This document shows, in pieces, positions 1 to 9,067 of a stretch of 32,994 nt of DNA. The position numbers and the translations under genes were made by a program. Position 1 is the first letter of the stretch, and every line of letters begins with the position of its first letter. The notes below the pieces were generated by a model. That model made no database searches, was not told where the DNA came from, and saw nothing but the letters and a program-made list of their open reading frames with translations. The stretch is from contig CAXNKP010000001.1 of assembly GCA_964202815.1 (NCBI GenBank), forward strand, positions 1-32,994. Reading direction: 5' to 3'. The stretch is from Stagnihabitans sp. (lineage in GTDB: Bacteria; Pseudomonadota; Alphaproteobacteria; Rhodobacterales; Rhodobacteraceae).

Positions 1-570
1 GGGACGGGTTTTGACGCTGCGCGCCACCGAAAAGGTACCTGCACCGCCGAAGTAGACCTTGCGGCCGATCTGGCACGGCTTCCGGTGGCAGAGCCGGATC
101 CCACAGTTCCGATTTTGCTGTTCGTGCTTGGACCTTCAAGGTCCGGAAAGACGACGCTTGAGGGGTTGCTGACCTTGCATCCGAGTGTCTATGCGGGTGG
201 CGAAAACAATTATCTGTCAGCCGCTGTTAGCACCAGCCTGCAGGCTGCCGGTTTCTTGCCAGAAACCAACCTAGCCTGTCTGCCAATCCAGTTGCAGGAC
301 GAGTTTCGGCGTCGCTACTGGTTGGCCTGGCGGCGCAGAGCCGGGGCGGCTAAGGTCTTTGTCACCACGGCTCCGGGGTTCATCCATCAGGCTGCGCGCT
401 TGGGGGCGATCTTGCCGAATGTGCGGTTTGCCCTGATCGACAGGAATGCCGACGATGTTCGGTTCCGGATGCTTTTGAAGCGTTATGAAAATGGCTACCT
501 GTATGCCAGCGACACTGTGGCGGCGCGCAACCAATTCGATATCATGTTCGCGGAACGCTTCAACGCGTGA
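1..570 (+). CDS. Sulfotransferase-domain protein (TPR-sulfotransferase-type C-terminal domain), 5'-partial, probably 3'-truncated
   Basis: Frame is open from base 1. It has the PAPS-binding-like motif FVLGPSRSGKTTLE..L..HP...GGE, then PNVRFALIDRN..D. Similarity appears to fade near 530, before the usual YED motif. Confidence 0.65.
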   Translation, partial: GTGFDAARHRKGTCTAEVDLAADLARLPVAEPDPTVPILLFVLGPSRSGKTTLEGLLTLHPSVYAGGENNYLSAAVSTSLQAAGFLPETNLACLPIQLQDEFRRRYWLAWRRRAGAAKVFVTTAPGFIHQAARLGAILPNVRFALIDRNADDVRFRMLLKRYENGYLYASDTVAARNQFDIMFAERFNA

Positions 571-850
571 CGATGGCGGAACCCCGCATGGGCCAGAGGC
601 CATACACAGAGTTCATGACACTCCGCTGCGAAGGTAAATTGGAAATCGCTATTGGCAGAATTCATCCAAAACACCGCATCGACGCGATATTAACCGGCAC
701 GCCCACGACTACGCCACATCCATCGCGGCCTTTACATTTCCGACGAGGCTGGACGACTTGCCTTTTGCGGTTACAGGTAGCGCTGGATGTCAGTCAATCT
801 GCGCACAAGCCCGTTGTCCTTGGTGATCTGCGTCTGCGCTGGCTTCGCCA

Positions 851-1450
851 TCACCCGCCAGTGCTGCTTCGGCCAGTTGCAGAACCGCCGAAACCTCCTC
901 GTGCTGCCACGGATGCCTTGGTCATGGGCGCTTTGCCGATCGTTGCAGGTTGTTTGGAGAATTGCGATGCCCCTAGTTTTCCTGTCCCATTGTTAGAATT
1001 ATAGGTGCTTGAACCCGTTGCATTGGTGAACCTGCCGTCAGCGGTCTTGTAAAGCGGCTGCACCGCCGGGGATGCCGTGGCACCGCGTGACATCATGTTG
1101 CCGATGAGGTAGCCTGCCAACAAGGGCATGAAAATCCCGCCACCGCTTGAGCTTCCTGCAACCTGCGACTCGCCGCCACACGCTCCCTCGCCGTGCTGCT
1201 CTTCACAGACTTCCAGACTGTCGTAGCGGGGAGCCGTTTCCACCAGCAACTGCTGGGCTGCAGCAAAAGCGCTGTCGCAATCGAGGGACGAAAACGTACC
1301 GCCCGTGTTGGCGGCTTCTTTACAGCTTTCAAGATCTGGAAAGGCCGTGGCGTCAACTTCTTCTTCACCGCAGCCCGCCAGAGCAAATGCTGCGGCACCA
1401 ACCAGAAAAAGGGCAACGGTACGGGATCTTTTTGAGACGTTTGTGGTCAT
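851..1450 (-). CDS. DUF1190 (YgiB/YjfM-like) lipoprotein
   Basis: Lipobox FALAG-C, Cys pattern with APRY..CEE..G...C, GIFMPLLAGYLIG segment, QPLY and an RGGFGGS tail. Adjacent to a Gsp-synthase-family gene. Confidence 0.9.
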   Translation of the reverse strand: MTTNVSKRSRTVALFLVGAAAFALAGCGEEEVDATAFPDLESCKEAANTGGTFSSLDCDSAFAAAQQLLVETAPRYDSLEVCEEQHGEGACGGESQVAGSSSGGGIFMPLLAGYLIGNMMSRGATASPAVQPLYKTADGRFTNATGSSTYNSNNGTGKLGASQFSKQPATIGKAPMTKASVAARGGFGGSATGRSSTGG

Positions 1451-1465
1451 GATGCGGCCTTCTGG

Positions 1466-2692
1466 TCAGTCACGGATTAAGTGGGGTTTGAAACGCGACA
1501 AATCTTGCGTTATGCGCGACCGGTCATCGCGAAGCCCTATCCCCGCGCATGCGTGCCCCACAATCCATGCGCCGACCACCGGGTGGAACCCGTCGAACAG
1601 CGGCAATTGATGATAAGCCTGCACGATTTTTGGATGCGCTGCATAGGCGTGGTTGGAAGACGCCTCTGTGATCTGGCCGTTCTGGATGATCGAGACCGAG
1701 GCGCCTTCGCGTGAGAACAACGGCTTTGTGACGTGGCCGTTGCGTAGCAGGGGCGCTGCGCGGTCGAAGGCGGCTGCGACGCGGGGCTGGGCCATACCGT
1801 TGCCCGCGAGGGCGTCACCCACATCGCTTTCAAAGAAGGCAGGCAGCAGGTTGGGGTGGCCTTCGAACATTTGCCACAGCACAGGCAGCAATCCTTTGTT
1901 CGACAGGACAGCCTTCCAGGCAGGCTCCAGAAACAGGCAACCCGCGGTTGCCAAATGGCGTGCGAACGGATCGCGCAACAGGTCTTCCCATGGGTAAAGC
2001 TTGACCAGAATGCCGATCACGCGGTCCTCAGCGTCGACAAAATTGCCGTCCTCGCTGATGCCGATCTTTTCCAAATCGCTGAAATGTGCGCCAAGCCCGG
2101 CTTCGCGCGCGGCCCATGCCATGGCTTCGACAGTGGCATAGTCTTCCGCATTGCTGGCGGTGGCTGCAAAATGCAGATCGGTGTCAGCGGCGAACAGATC
2201 GCGAAACCGCGCAACAAGGGCTTCGTGGATGCCGTTGAACTGATCATCTTCGGACGACAGCACGCCGCGCGCGATCTGATCCTCCAGCCACTTCCATTGA
2301 AATGACGCACTTTCATACAGCGACGTCGGCGTGTCTGCGTTGTATTCCAGCAGTTTGGCGGGACCAGTGCCATTGTATGCCAAGTCGAACCGGCCATAAA
2401 TTTCGGGATCGCCACGATGCCAACTGGCCGCAACCAGATCATGATGCTCTGGCGGAATGGCAAGCTTTGCCATCAACTCTTCGCTGACGACGATGGCCGC
2501 TGCCGCTTCACGACACATGGCATGCAGTTCCGTCGACGGATCCTCAAGATCGTCCTCGATCTGGCGCAACGTGAATTGATAGGCCGAACTTTCATCCCAA
2601 TAGGGCTCGCCGTACATTTCGGCAAATGTAAACCCGACATCGGCCGCCAGGCTTTGCCAATCAGGACGTTCGGGAAGTTGGGTCTTTCGCAT
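1466..2692 (-). CDS. Glutathionylspermidine synthase family ATP-grasp ligase (YgiC/YjfC-like)
   Basis: Motifs YWDES, YGRFDLAY, KLLEYNADTPTSLYE, KLYPWE, EPAWK..LSNKG and KPLFSREG. Start moved to ATG 2692 (MRKTQLPERPDW), which has AGGA upstream. Confidence 0.93.
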   Translation of the reverse strand: MRKTQLPERPDWQSLAADVGFTFAEMYGEPYWDESSAYQFTLRQIEDDLEDPSTELHAMCREAAAAIVVSEELMAKLAIPPEHHDLVAASWHRGDPEIYGRFDLAYNGTGPAKLLEYNADTPTSLYESASFQWKWLEDQIARGVLSSEDDQFNGIHEALVARFRDLFAADTDLHFAATASNAEDYATVEAMAWAAREAGLGAHFSDLEKIGISEDGNFVDAEDRVIGILVKLYPWEDLLRDPFARHLATAGCLFLEPAWKAVLSNKGLLPVLWQMFEGHPNLLPAFFESDVGDALAGNGMAQPRVAAAFDRAAPLLRNGHVTKPLFSREGASVSIIQNGQITEASSNHAYAAHPKIVQAYHQLPLFDGFHPVVGAWIVGHACAGIGLRDDRSRITQDLSRFKPHLIRD

Positions 2693-2929
2693 TTTCGTCC
2701 TGTCTTGCCAATCTAGGGAATTTAGGGTTTGAGGCGCTCTACAACCAGAGGCTGCCCGCATTTGTCACAGTCGGTCACGAAAAGTTGTTCTGTGCCAAAT
2801 TGAGATCGAACACGGCTATCGCAACCTTCCCAGCCGTTTGCGGACGTTCAGGCCGTCAATGGGGCGACATCAAAACAGTCTTTCGTGCTCGGTTTGGCGG
2901 AACCTGGCCTCTGACAGGCCACATGTGCT

Positions 2930-2945
2930 TGTGATGTGGATCACG
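2930..2945. promoter_or_regulatory. Possible CRP/FNR-family binding site
   Basis: TGTGA-TGTGGA-TCACG, one mismatch from TGTGA-N6-TCACA, in a divergent intergenic region. Confidence 0.3.
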
Positions 2946-3146
2946 GGGCTTCAGGCATGGGATCAGCGGAAGCACCCAGACATGAGGCAAACGAGGAAAG
3001 GCAGCAATCGAAATACCGCCTTGTTTCGATAAACCCATGTCGCTAAACTTTCAAACCAACGGTAAGGCTTGGGATATCGTGGGCATCAGATCAGCGCTTG
3101 GGATGCTTCGTGCGAGCCCTTCGGGCGAATTGAGAAACCAAAAACA

Positions 3147-3518
3147 ATGGCCAACAGTCCGACTTCCCGCGTCGACAAGCTCCTGTCTTCCATGGGCTAT
3201 GGGTCGCGCACCGAAATGGCGCGACTGGCAAAGGCTGGTGGTATCACTCTGGACGCTGTGGAGCTCGTTGATGTCACCCAACGCATCCGTGTAACGTCAG
3301 ATTTGCCGTCCCGCATGGAGATTGACGGCGCGGCGCTTGATCCCGTCGCAGGCATGGTCATTCTCTTGCACAAGCCTTTGGGCATGACCTGTTCGCACAA
3401 GGAAGACTTCATGACATCTGAGAATCCTTCGCCATGTTCGAAACACGAGGATGAACAAGAGGCAGAGCGCGTTTTGCCCCTAATTTGCCCCGGAACGTAC
3501 AACGGTCCTCAGCTATAG
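3147..3518 (+). pseudogene. Truncated RsuA-family pseudouridine synthase (S4 domain only)
   Basis: RVDKLLSSMGYGSR (S4) and ILLHKPLGMTCSHKED are present. Similarity ends at ~3407, the catalytic GRLD motif is absent, and an unrelated tail runs to the stop at 3518. Confidence 0.85.
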
Positions 3519-4448
3519 CACCTGCAAATCTGCGGCTCCGCTGTTCACGTGCGGCGCCCAGAACGCAACACTTTCGGCGATATGCGCGATCACTTGGCGG
3601 TCATTCGGGTCACGCTCCTTGAAGGACAACTCAAGGCAGATTTCGTTATCGACCCCGCCCCCCTGTTGGATCGCCGCCAGCAACGGATCTGGATGTATCC
3701 GCCCACGCGCGTTGAATTCGGCGGTAAAAGGGCGGTGGCCGCCCTTGTCCATCAGGCTTTGCTTGATGTGGATGATCGGTGACACTTTCGGGACCGCCTG
3801 TGCCCAGACATAGGGGTTATAATCGTCAGGGTTCAGGCTGGTCACATCGCCGTGGTCGATGTCGGCCATCATCCACATCGGTATTGCCATGTTCGCCGCG
3901 CTCAGCCGGTCTTGCAGGGCCAGACTGCCCGCGACCGTGTCGCCAAATTCGCGCCCGATGCTCATCGGTTCCCAGAACACGTATTTCAGCCCCGCCGACT
4001 TGGCATGCTCCGCCACGTCCGCCCAGGCGTCGATGGCGGTTCGGGTCAGGTCTTCGCGCCGAGTGGGGTCGTCAAAGTCGCGATAGGTGAAAATCGCAAA
4101 TTGGGTGCCGACGGATGTGCCGCCCAGATCGGCGATGATCTCGGCGAATGTCTTGAACCAGTCGATGTAATAGCGCCGCACCTCGGCATCGGGGTGGCCG
4201 AAATGGTTCAGCCGCCCGTAAGGCCCGGTCATGCCCGATGTGACGCGCACGCCAGTGCGGGCCAGTGCCGCCCCCATCTGCCGGGTTAGTCGACGGATGG
4301 TGTGAGCGGGCCAGCTGGGATTGATGAATTCATGCGTCAATTGCAGATCGCGGATGCGCAGGTCGCGCGCGACCGTGTCGATTAGATCATCAGGATCGGC
4401 AAAGCGGTTGACCAGCGGATTGGTGTTCAGCGACAGGGTAAAGGGCAT
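3513..4448 (-). CDS. eryC: Erythrulose-1-phosphate (3-tetrulose-4-phosphate) epimerase, TIM-barrel sugar-phosphate epimerase
   Basis: LSLNTNPLVNRFA, SGMTGPYGRLNHFGHPD, WEPMSIGRE, MADIDHGD and IHIKQS closely match Brucella/Sinorhizobium EryC as I recall it. Operon context agrees. Confidence 0.93.
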   Translation of the reverse strand: MPFTLSLNTNPLVNRFADPDDLIDTVARDLRIRDLQLTHEFINPSWPAHTIRRLTRQMGAALARTGVRVTSGMTGPYGRLNHFGHPDAEVRRYYIDWFKTFAEIIADLGGTSVGTQFAIFTYRDFDDPTRREDLTRTAIDAWADVAEHAKSAGLKYVFWEPMSIGREFGDTVAGSLALQDRLSAANMAIPMWMMADIDHGDVTSLNPDDYNPYVWAQAVPKVSPIIHIKQSLMDKGGHRPFTAEFNARGRIHPDPLLAAIQQGGGVDNEICLELSFKERDPNDRQVIAHIAESVAFWAPHVNSGAADLQVL

Positions 4449-4457
4449 CTTCGGCCT

Positions 4458-5282
4458 TCAAATTGCGAAACGGGGCAAGATATGGTCGGGCAGTACCCCG
4501 GCCTTGGCCATGCACAAGGCCGCAAGGTCAGCGTCGGGGGTGGCCGCATGCAGGCCGGTTCGCACAAGGCAAGTCTGAAGCCCAGCCCGGTGGCCGCCTG
4601 CGATGTCATGCGCCGGACTGTCCCCGATGCACAAAATACGGTCAGGGGCGATGCCGGGCAGCAGGTGCCGTGCCTCATGGTAGATAAGGGGGTAGGGCTT
4701 GCCAATCCAGTCAACCGTGCCACCCAGTTCGGCAAAAAGCTGCGCGATGCGCCCGGCACCGGGACGCAGGCCCTGGGGCGTCAGCATCTCAAGGTCGGGA
4801 TTGGTGCACAGCATCGGTACCCTGCCTGCCACCGGCCGCAAAAGGGTGCGGTAGTCCTCCAGCGTCAACCGGTCAGCCTGACTGCCCGCCAGCAGCAACA
4901 AAGCCGCCTCCAGCGGATCATCGGTGACGGCAAGCCCAAGACCATCGATCGCGCTGGAATCGCCGTCGCGGGCGTGCAGCCAAATCTTCGTTCCGGGGCC
5001 ATAGGCGCGGTGCGACAGATGCTGCCAACCCGCCTCGCCCGATGACAGGACCAGACGGAAACTGTCGCGCTGAAACCCCAGCTTGACCAGACGCGCGGCA
5101 TTGGGGCCAGACCTTTTTCCAGAGTTTGAAAGTAGTATCACCGGTTTAGCTGTTAGTGCCAGATAGGCGAGGGCCTGCGCGGCCCAAGGATAGGCTGTTG
5201 ATCCATCCAGCAGGACGCCGAACTGATCAACCAGAAAGGCGTCATAGGCGTTGGCGAGTTGCTGCAATGTGGAGGGTATCAC
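4458..5282 (-). CDS. rbtC: HAD-IIA family sugar-phosphate phosphatase
   Basis: DQFGVL motif I, LSNSGKR motif II, NPD, GKP and IGDSPAHDI motif IV. Symbol assigned from synteny with S. meliloti. Confidence 0.85.
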   Translation of the reverse strand: MIPSTLQQLANAYDAFLVDQFGVLLDGSTAYPWAAQALAYLALTAKPVILLSNSGKRSGPNAARLVKLGFQRDSFRLVLSSGEAGWQHLSHRAYGPGTKIWLHARDGDSSAIDGLGLAVTDDPLEAALLLLAGSQADRLTLEDYRTLLRPVAGRVPMLCTNPDLEMLTPQGLRPGAGRIAQLFAELGGTVDWIGKPYPLIYHEARHLLPGIAPDRILCIGDSPAHDIAGGHRAGLQTCLVRTGLHAATPDADLAALCMAKAGVLPDHILPRFAI

Positions 5283-6538
5283 GTCGCCCCCTGCATCGCC
5301 AGAAGTGCTGTGCCAAAGGCCGCCTCATCCGACAGCGACGCCTGCATCGGCACGCCCAATCGTCGGGCGCGGATGCGGGCCCAGACCGGGTTCGCCGCCC
5401 CGACGCCGACTGAACGGACTGCCCGCAGGGGCGGAGCACCAAGCTCTGCAAGGCGTTGAAAGGCAAGTGCCTCGATCCGGGCCACGCCCTCGAACAGGGC
5501 ATGCAGAAAATCGGCATCCCGCGCGGGCTGGGGGGTCGTCCGCGACTCAAGGGCAGGGTCGGCGATGGGAAACCGCTCTCCCACGCCGGGCAAGGGATAA
5601 TAGTCCAGCCCGGTATCGACCTCAGGGTTGACCAACGGCGACAAGGCCGCCAGCTGGTCAGGCGTGAAATGCGCCAACAGCGCCGCGCCCCCAGAGTTGG
5701 AAGCCCCTCCCGCCAGCCACTGGCCAAGGATGCGGTGCGAATAGATGCCGTATTTGGGTGAAAAGATCGGGCGATCCGACAGCAGCTTGACCGTCAGCGT
5801 GGTTCCAAGAACGGTGACCCCGTCACCGGGCAAAGACGCGCCGGTGGCAAGGAAACTGGCACAGCCATCAGTGGTTCCAGCGACCACAAGACAGTCGAGT
5901 GACAGACCAAAATCAGCCGCTGCCTGCGCCGTTACCGGGCCGATCCTGTCGCCCGGTTCCATGACATGTGGCAGCAAACGCAGGTCGACCCCTGCCGCAT
6001 CCAGCCAGTCAGGCCAGCGCGCGGCCAATGGATCGTATCCGGTTTTCAGCGCGTTATTGGCATCGGTGACCATCTGCCCGGAAAGATGCCAGCTGATCCA
6101 GTCAGCCTGATGCAACACCTTTTGTGGCGCAATCCGCGCCAGCAGCATCGCCCGCGCCGCCCCCGATGTCGCCCCATGTGCCGCCGATGTGGCGGGCGCG
6201 TGAACGCCGATGGACTGCACAATGCCCGTGTCACTGCATGGGTCATTGTACATCAACCCATCGCAAAGCGGTCGCCCGGCAGCATCCAACGCCACCATCG
6301 TTCCCGAGGTGCCATCGACCGAAATCGCGCGCACATCCCTTGCATCGATCTGCGCCAGAACGCCGCAAATCGCTGCCCGGGCGGCAGCCCACCAAACAAC
6401 CGGGTCACGGTGGTTTGTGCCATGTTCATGCAGCGCCGACCGGAAAGATGCCACCTGCACGCCTATTGCATCAACCACAACCGCACGGGCCCCCGAGGTG
6501 CCAAGGTCGAGCCCGAGAAACAGCGCCTTACCGGGCAT
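5279..6538 (-). CDS. rbtB: FGGY-family carbohydrate kinase (ribulokinase-like)
   Basis: GLDLGTSGARA, VDGTSGT, GTTDG and LGTTL motifs. 4-nt overlap with the next gene. Symbol from synteny. Confidence 0.85.
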   Translation of the reverse strand: MPGKALFLGLDLGTSGARAVVVDAIGVQVASFRSALHEHGTNHRDPVVWWAAARAAICGVLAQIDARDVRAISVDGTSGTMVALDAAGRPLCDGLMYNDPCSDTGIVQSIGVHAPATSAAHGATSGAARAMLLARIAPQKVLHQADWISWHLSGQMVTDANNALKTGYDPLAARWPDWLDAAGVDLRLLPHVMEPGDRIGPVTAQAAADFGLSLDCLVVAGTTDGCASFLATGASLPGDGVTVLGTTLTVKLLSDRPIFSPKYGIYSHRILGQWLAGGASNSGGAALLAHFTPDQLAALSPLVNPEVDTGLDYYPLPGVGERFPIADPALESRTTPQPARDADFLHALFEGVARIEALAFQRLAELGAPPLRAVRSVGVGAANPVWARIRARRLGVPMQASLSDEAAFGTALLAMQGAT

Positions 6539-7562
6539 TCAGTGTTTGCCGGTACTTTTCGGCATCCCAGTTCAGCAGTTCAGCGTTCTCGGCCATGGTC
6601 AGCACATGCACCGCTACGCCCTGCTCCACCCGTGTCAGCACATCCCCCAAGCATTGCACCAAAGCGCGCGCGCTGTCTGACGCATCTTCGCGCAACAGGG
6701 CGCCAGTTTCGGGCACCAGCAGGAACACGGGCGCAGGCAGGCCCGCAGCAACAACCCGCGCCACGGCCTGCGACGGAGTTTCACCGCGCAAAAGTGCGGT
6801 CGCCCCGACGCCGCAAAAGATAACGTGATCGGGGTACAGGCTGCCGGAGGTTGCCAGCATCAGCAGGTCTGACAGCATTGCCACAGTGTGCAGCGGATGG
6901 TCGGGCGGCAAGGCGCGGAATCGGTGTTCTTGCCACCCGGCAAGTCCCACCTGCGGCAGAACGCAACGCGGCGTGACCTTTAGCGCCGTCACCACCCGGT
7001 CAAGCAGGGCAAACGCAGCGGCGACCGTATCTGCAGCCACGATCAGCCCATGATTGGCCAGCACCACGACATCGGTGCGCGGCCCTAGAACCGCCTTTAC
7101 CTGTTTGGCCAGTCTTGCACCGGGTTTGGCATAGGGCACGATCGCCCAGTCGAACGCTGACAGACGTGCACCCAATGCGGTCTTTGCGTCCGGCCTGATC
7201 GCAAAAGCCAAAGTATTCACGCAATGAACATGCACCACCACGCGCTGCGGGAAAACTGCGTGTAGCGATGTTTCAATCGATGGCCGCAGACTGGCCTTTT
7301 TTAGGGTGAATTCTGCGGGTTGATCGGCCCGCGCCTCGCCTGCCGTGATCGCCGCACGCATTGCCGCCAGATCACAGGGCACAAACACCTCGCGCGTCAG
7401 CGCATCGGCGAGGTTGGTGCCGGACGCCTTGATCCACATCACCCCACCATCTTTGATTGACGTGTTTCCTCCGGGACCCTGAATAAGCAGTGCATCTGCA
7501 CCGATGCGCGCCGATGCGGCAGCCAGGGCAGGCAGATCATGCGGAGGTGCAAAGCCGGTCAT
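6528..7562 (-). CDS. lalA: Class II aldolase/epimerase family protein (long form)
   Basis: GGNTSIK, IKASG, RPSIETSLHA, HVH and LANHG metal ligands, YPDH. Symbol from synteny. Confidence 0.8.
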   Translation of the reverse strand: MTGFAPPHDLPALAAASARIGADALLIQGPGGNTSIKDGGVMWIKASGTNLADALTREVFVPCDLAAMRAAITAGEARADQPAEFTLKKASLRPSIETSLHAVFPQRVVVHVHCVNTLAFAIRPDAKTALGARLSAFDWAIVPYAKPGARLAKQVKAVLGPRTDVVVLANHGLIVAADTVAAAFALLDRVVTALKVTPRCVLPQVGLAGWQEHRFRALPPDHPLHTVAMLSDLLMLATSGSLYPDHVIFCGVGATALLRGETPSQAVARVVAAGLPAPVFLLVPETGALLREDASDSARALVQCLGDVLTRVEQGVAVHVLTMAENAELLNWDAEKYRQTLNAR

Positions 7563-9067
7563 GCTGATTTGGCCAATTCAGATGCGGTGAACCATTCGTC
7601 AAAGGCGACCTGTTCGGCCCGCGTCATGTGCAATCGATGCTTGGTGCGGCGCCACAGGATATCCTCGGTGGTCTCGGCCCATTCTCGGGTGACCAGATAG
7701 CTTACCTCGGCCTCGTAGAGCAGCGGGCCAAAGCGGCGACCCATCGCCTCTAGAGATTGGCATGATCCGATCAGGTCGTGGGCGCGCGTGCCGTAAAGCT
7801 GCAGGTAATGCCGGGCCAGATCACGCGGCAGCCACGGATACTGCGTGGCCAGTTCCGCCATGAAGGCCGCCACGTTCCCGTCCGGCAGATCACCGCCCGG
7901 CAAGATGCCGCGCACGGTCCAGTCTCCCTTTATGTGCGGAAAATACGGGGCAAGGCGCTGGATCGCATGTTCAGCCAGCTTGCGGAATGTGGTGATCTTG
8001 CCGCCAAAGATGTTCAGGATCGGTGCGCCGCCGGTGGTATCCAGATCGAATACATAATCGCGGGTCACCGCCGAAGGGTTGGACGCACCATCGTCATACA
8101 GCGGCCGCACACCCGAGAACGACTCGAGCACATCAGCGCGGCGCAGGCTTTGGGTGAAATAGCGGTTTACCGCCGCGATCAGATAGGCGATCTCGGACTC
8201 ATCCGCCGTGACCTTTTCTGCAGCCCCTTCATAAGGAATGTCGGTGGTGCCGATCAGGGCCTTGTCACCCTCATATGGGTTGATGAAGATCACCCGCTTG
8301 TCGTGGTTCTGCACCAGATAAGCCTGCGCGCCGTCCCAGAACTTTGGCACGATGATGTGGCTGCCCTTGACCAACCTGACAATCCGGTTGGAATTGGTGC
8401 CGGTGACGCGCCCGATGATGTCATTGACCCAAGGCCCGCCGGCATTGACCACTGCGCGCGCCATCACAGTTCGGCGGGTGCCGGTGCGGCTATCGGCCAT
8501 CTCGACCCGCCACAGGTTGCCCTCGCGCCGGGCCGATGTGCAGGCGGTGCGCGTGAACACCTTTGCGCCTTTCTCTGACGCATCCACCGCGTTCAGCACC
8601 ACCAGGCGGGCATCATCGACCCAGCAATCGGAATACGCAAATCCCTTGGTGTACTTCGGCTTCAACGGGGCGCCTTCGGGATCACGGCGTAAATCCAGCG
8701 TGCGGGTTCCCGGCAAGCGTTTCCTGCCGCCAAGATGATCATAAAGAAACAGACCCAGCCGGATCAGCCATGCGGGCCTGTCATCGGCAGAATGAGGCAG
8801 CACGAACCGCATAGGCCAGATGATGTGCGGCGCGGATGCCAACAACACCTCACGCTCGATCAACGCCTCGCGGACAAGGCGAAACTCACGATATTCCAGA
8901 TACCGCAACCCGCCATGCACCAACTTGCCAGACCGGGACGAAGTGCCTTGCGCCAGATCGTCCTTTTCGCACAAGATGACAGACAGCCCGCGACCCGCAG
9001 CATCGCGGGCAATCCCGGCACCGTTGATCCCACCGCCAATGATGAAAAGGTCAACGGTTTCGATCAT
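7559..9067 (-). CDS. eryB: FAD-dependent erythritol-phosphate dehydrogenase (GlpD family)
   Basis: GGGINGAG FAD motif, GTSSRSGKLVHGGLRYLE, KGSHI and GGKITTFR. Located in the ery operon. Confidence 0.9.
   Translation of the reverse strand: MIETVDLFIIGGGINGAGIARDAAGRGLSVILCEKDDLAQGTSSRSGKLVHGGLRYLEYREFRLVREALIEREVLLASAPHIIWPMRFVLPHSADDRPAWLIRLGLFLYDHLGGRKRLPGTRTLDLRRDPEGAPLKPKYTKGFAYSDCWVDDARLVVLNAVDASEKGAKVFTRTACTSARREGNLWRVEMADSRTGTRRTVMARAVVNAGGPWVNDIIGRVTGTNSNRIVRLVKGSHIIVPKFWDGAQAYLVQNHDKRVIFINPYEGDKALIGTTDIPYEGAAEKVTADESEIAYLIAAVNRYFTQSLRRADVLESFSGVRPLYDDGASNPSAVTRDYVFDLDTTGGAPILNIFGGKITTFRKLAEHAIQRLAPYFPHIKGDWTVRGILPGGDLPDGNVAAFMAELATQYPWLPRDLARHYLQLYGTRAHDLIGSCQSLEAMGRRFGPLLYEAEVSYLVTREWAETTEDILWRRTKHRLHMTRAEQVAFDEWFTASELAKSA

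Noticed and set aside
970-1025. AT-rich patch with TATAAT/TAGAAT hexamers inside the DUF1190 gene
   Set aside because: Partly explained by Asn/Tyr/Lys content, no -35 match was found, and no downstream gene needs a promoter.
7559-9067. glpD of a glycerol regulon
   Set aside because: No glpK, glpF or glpR context. Its position between eryA and eryC supports eryB.
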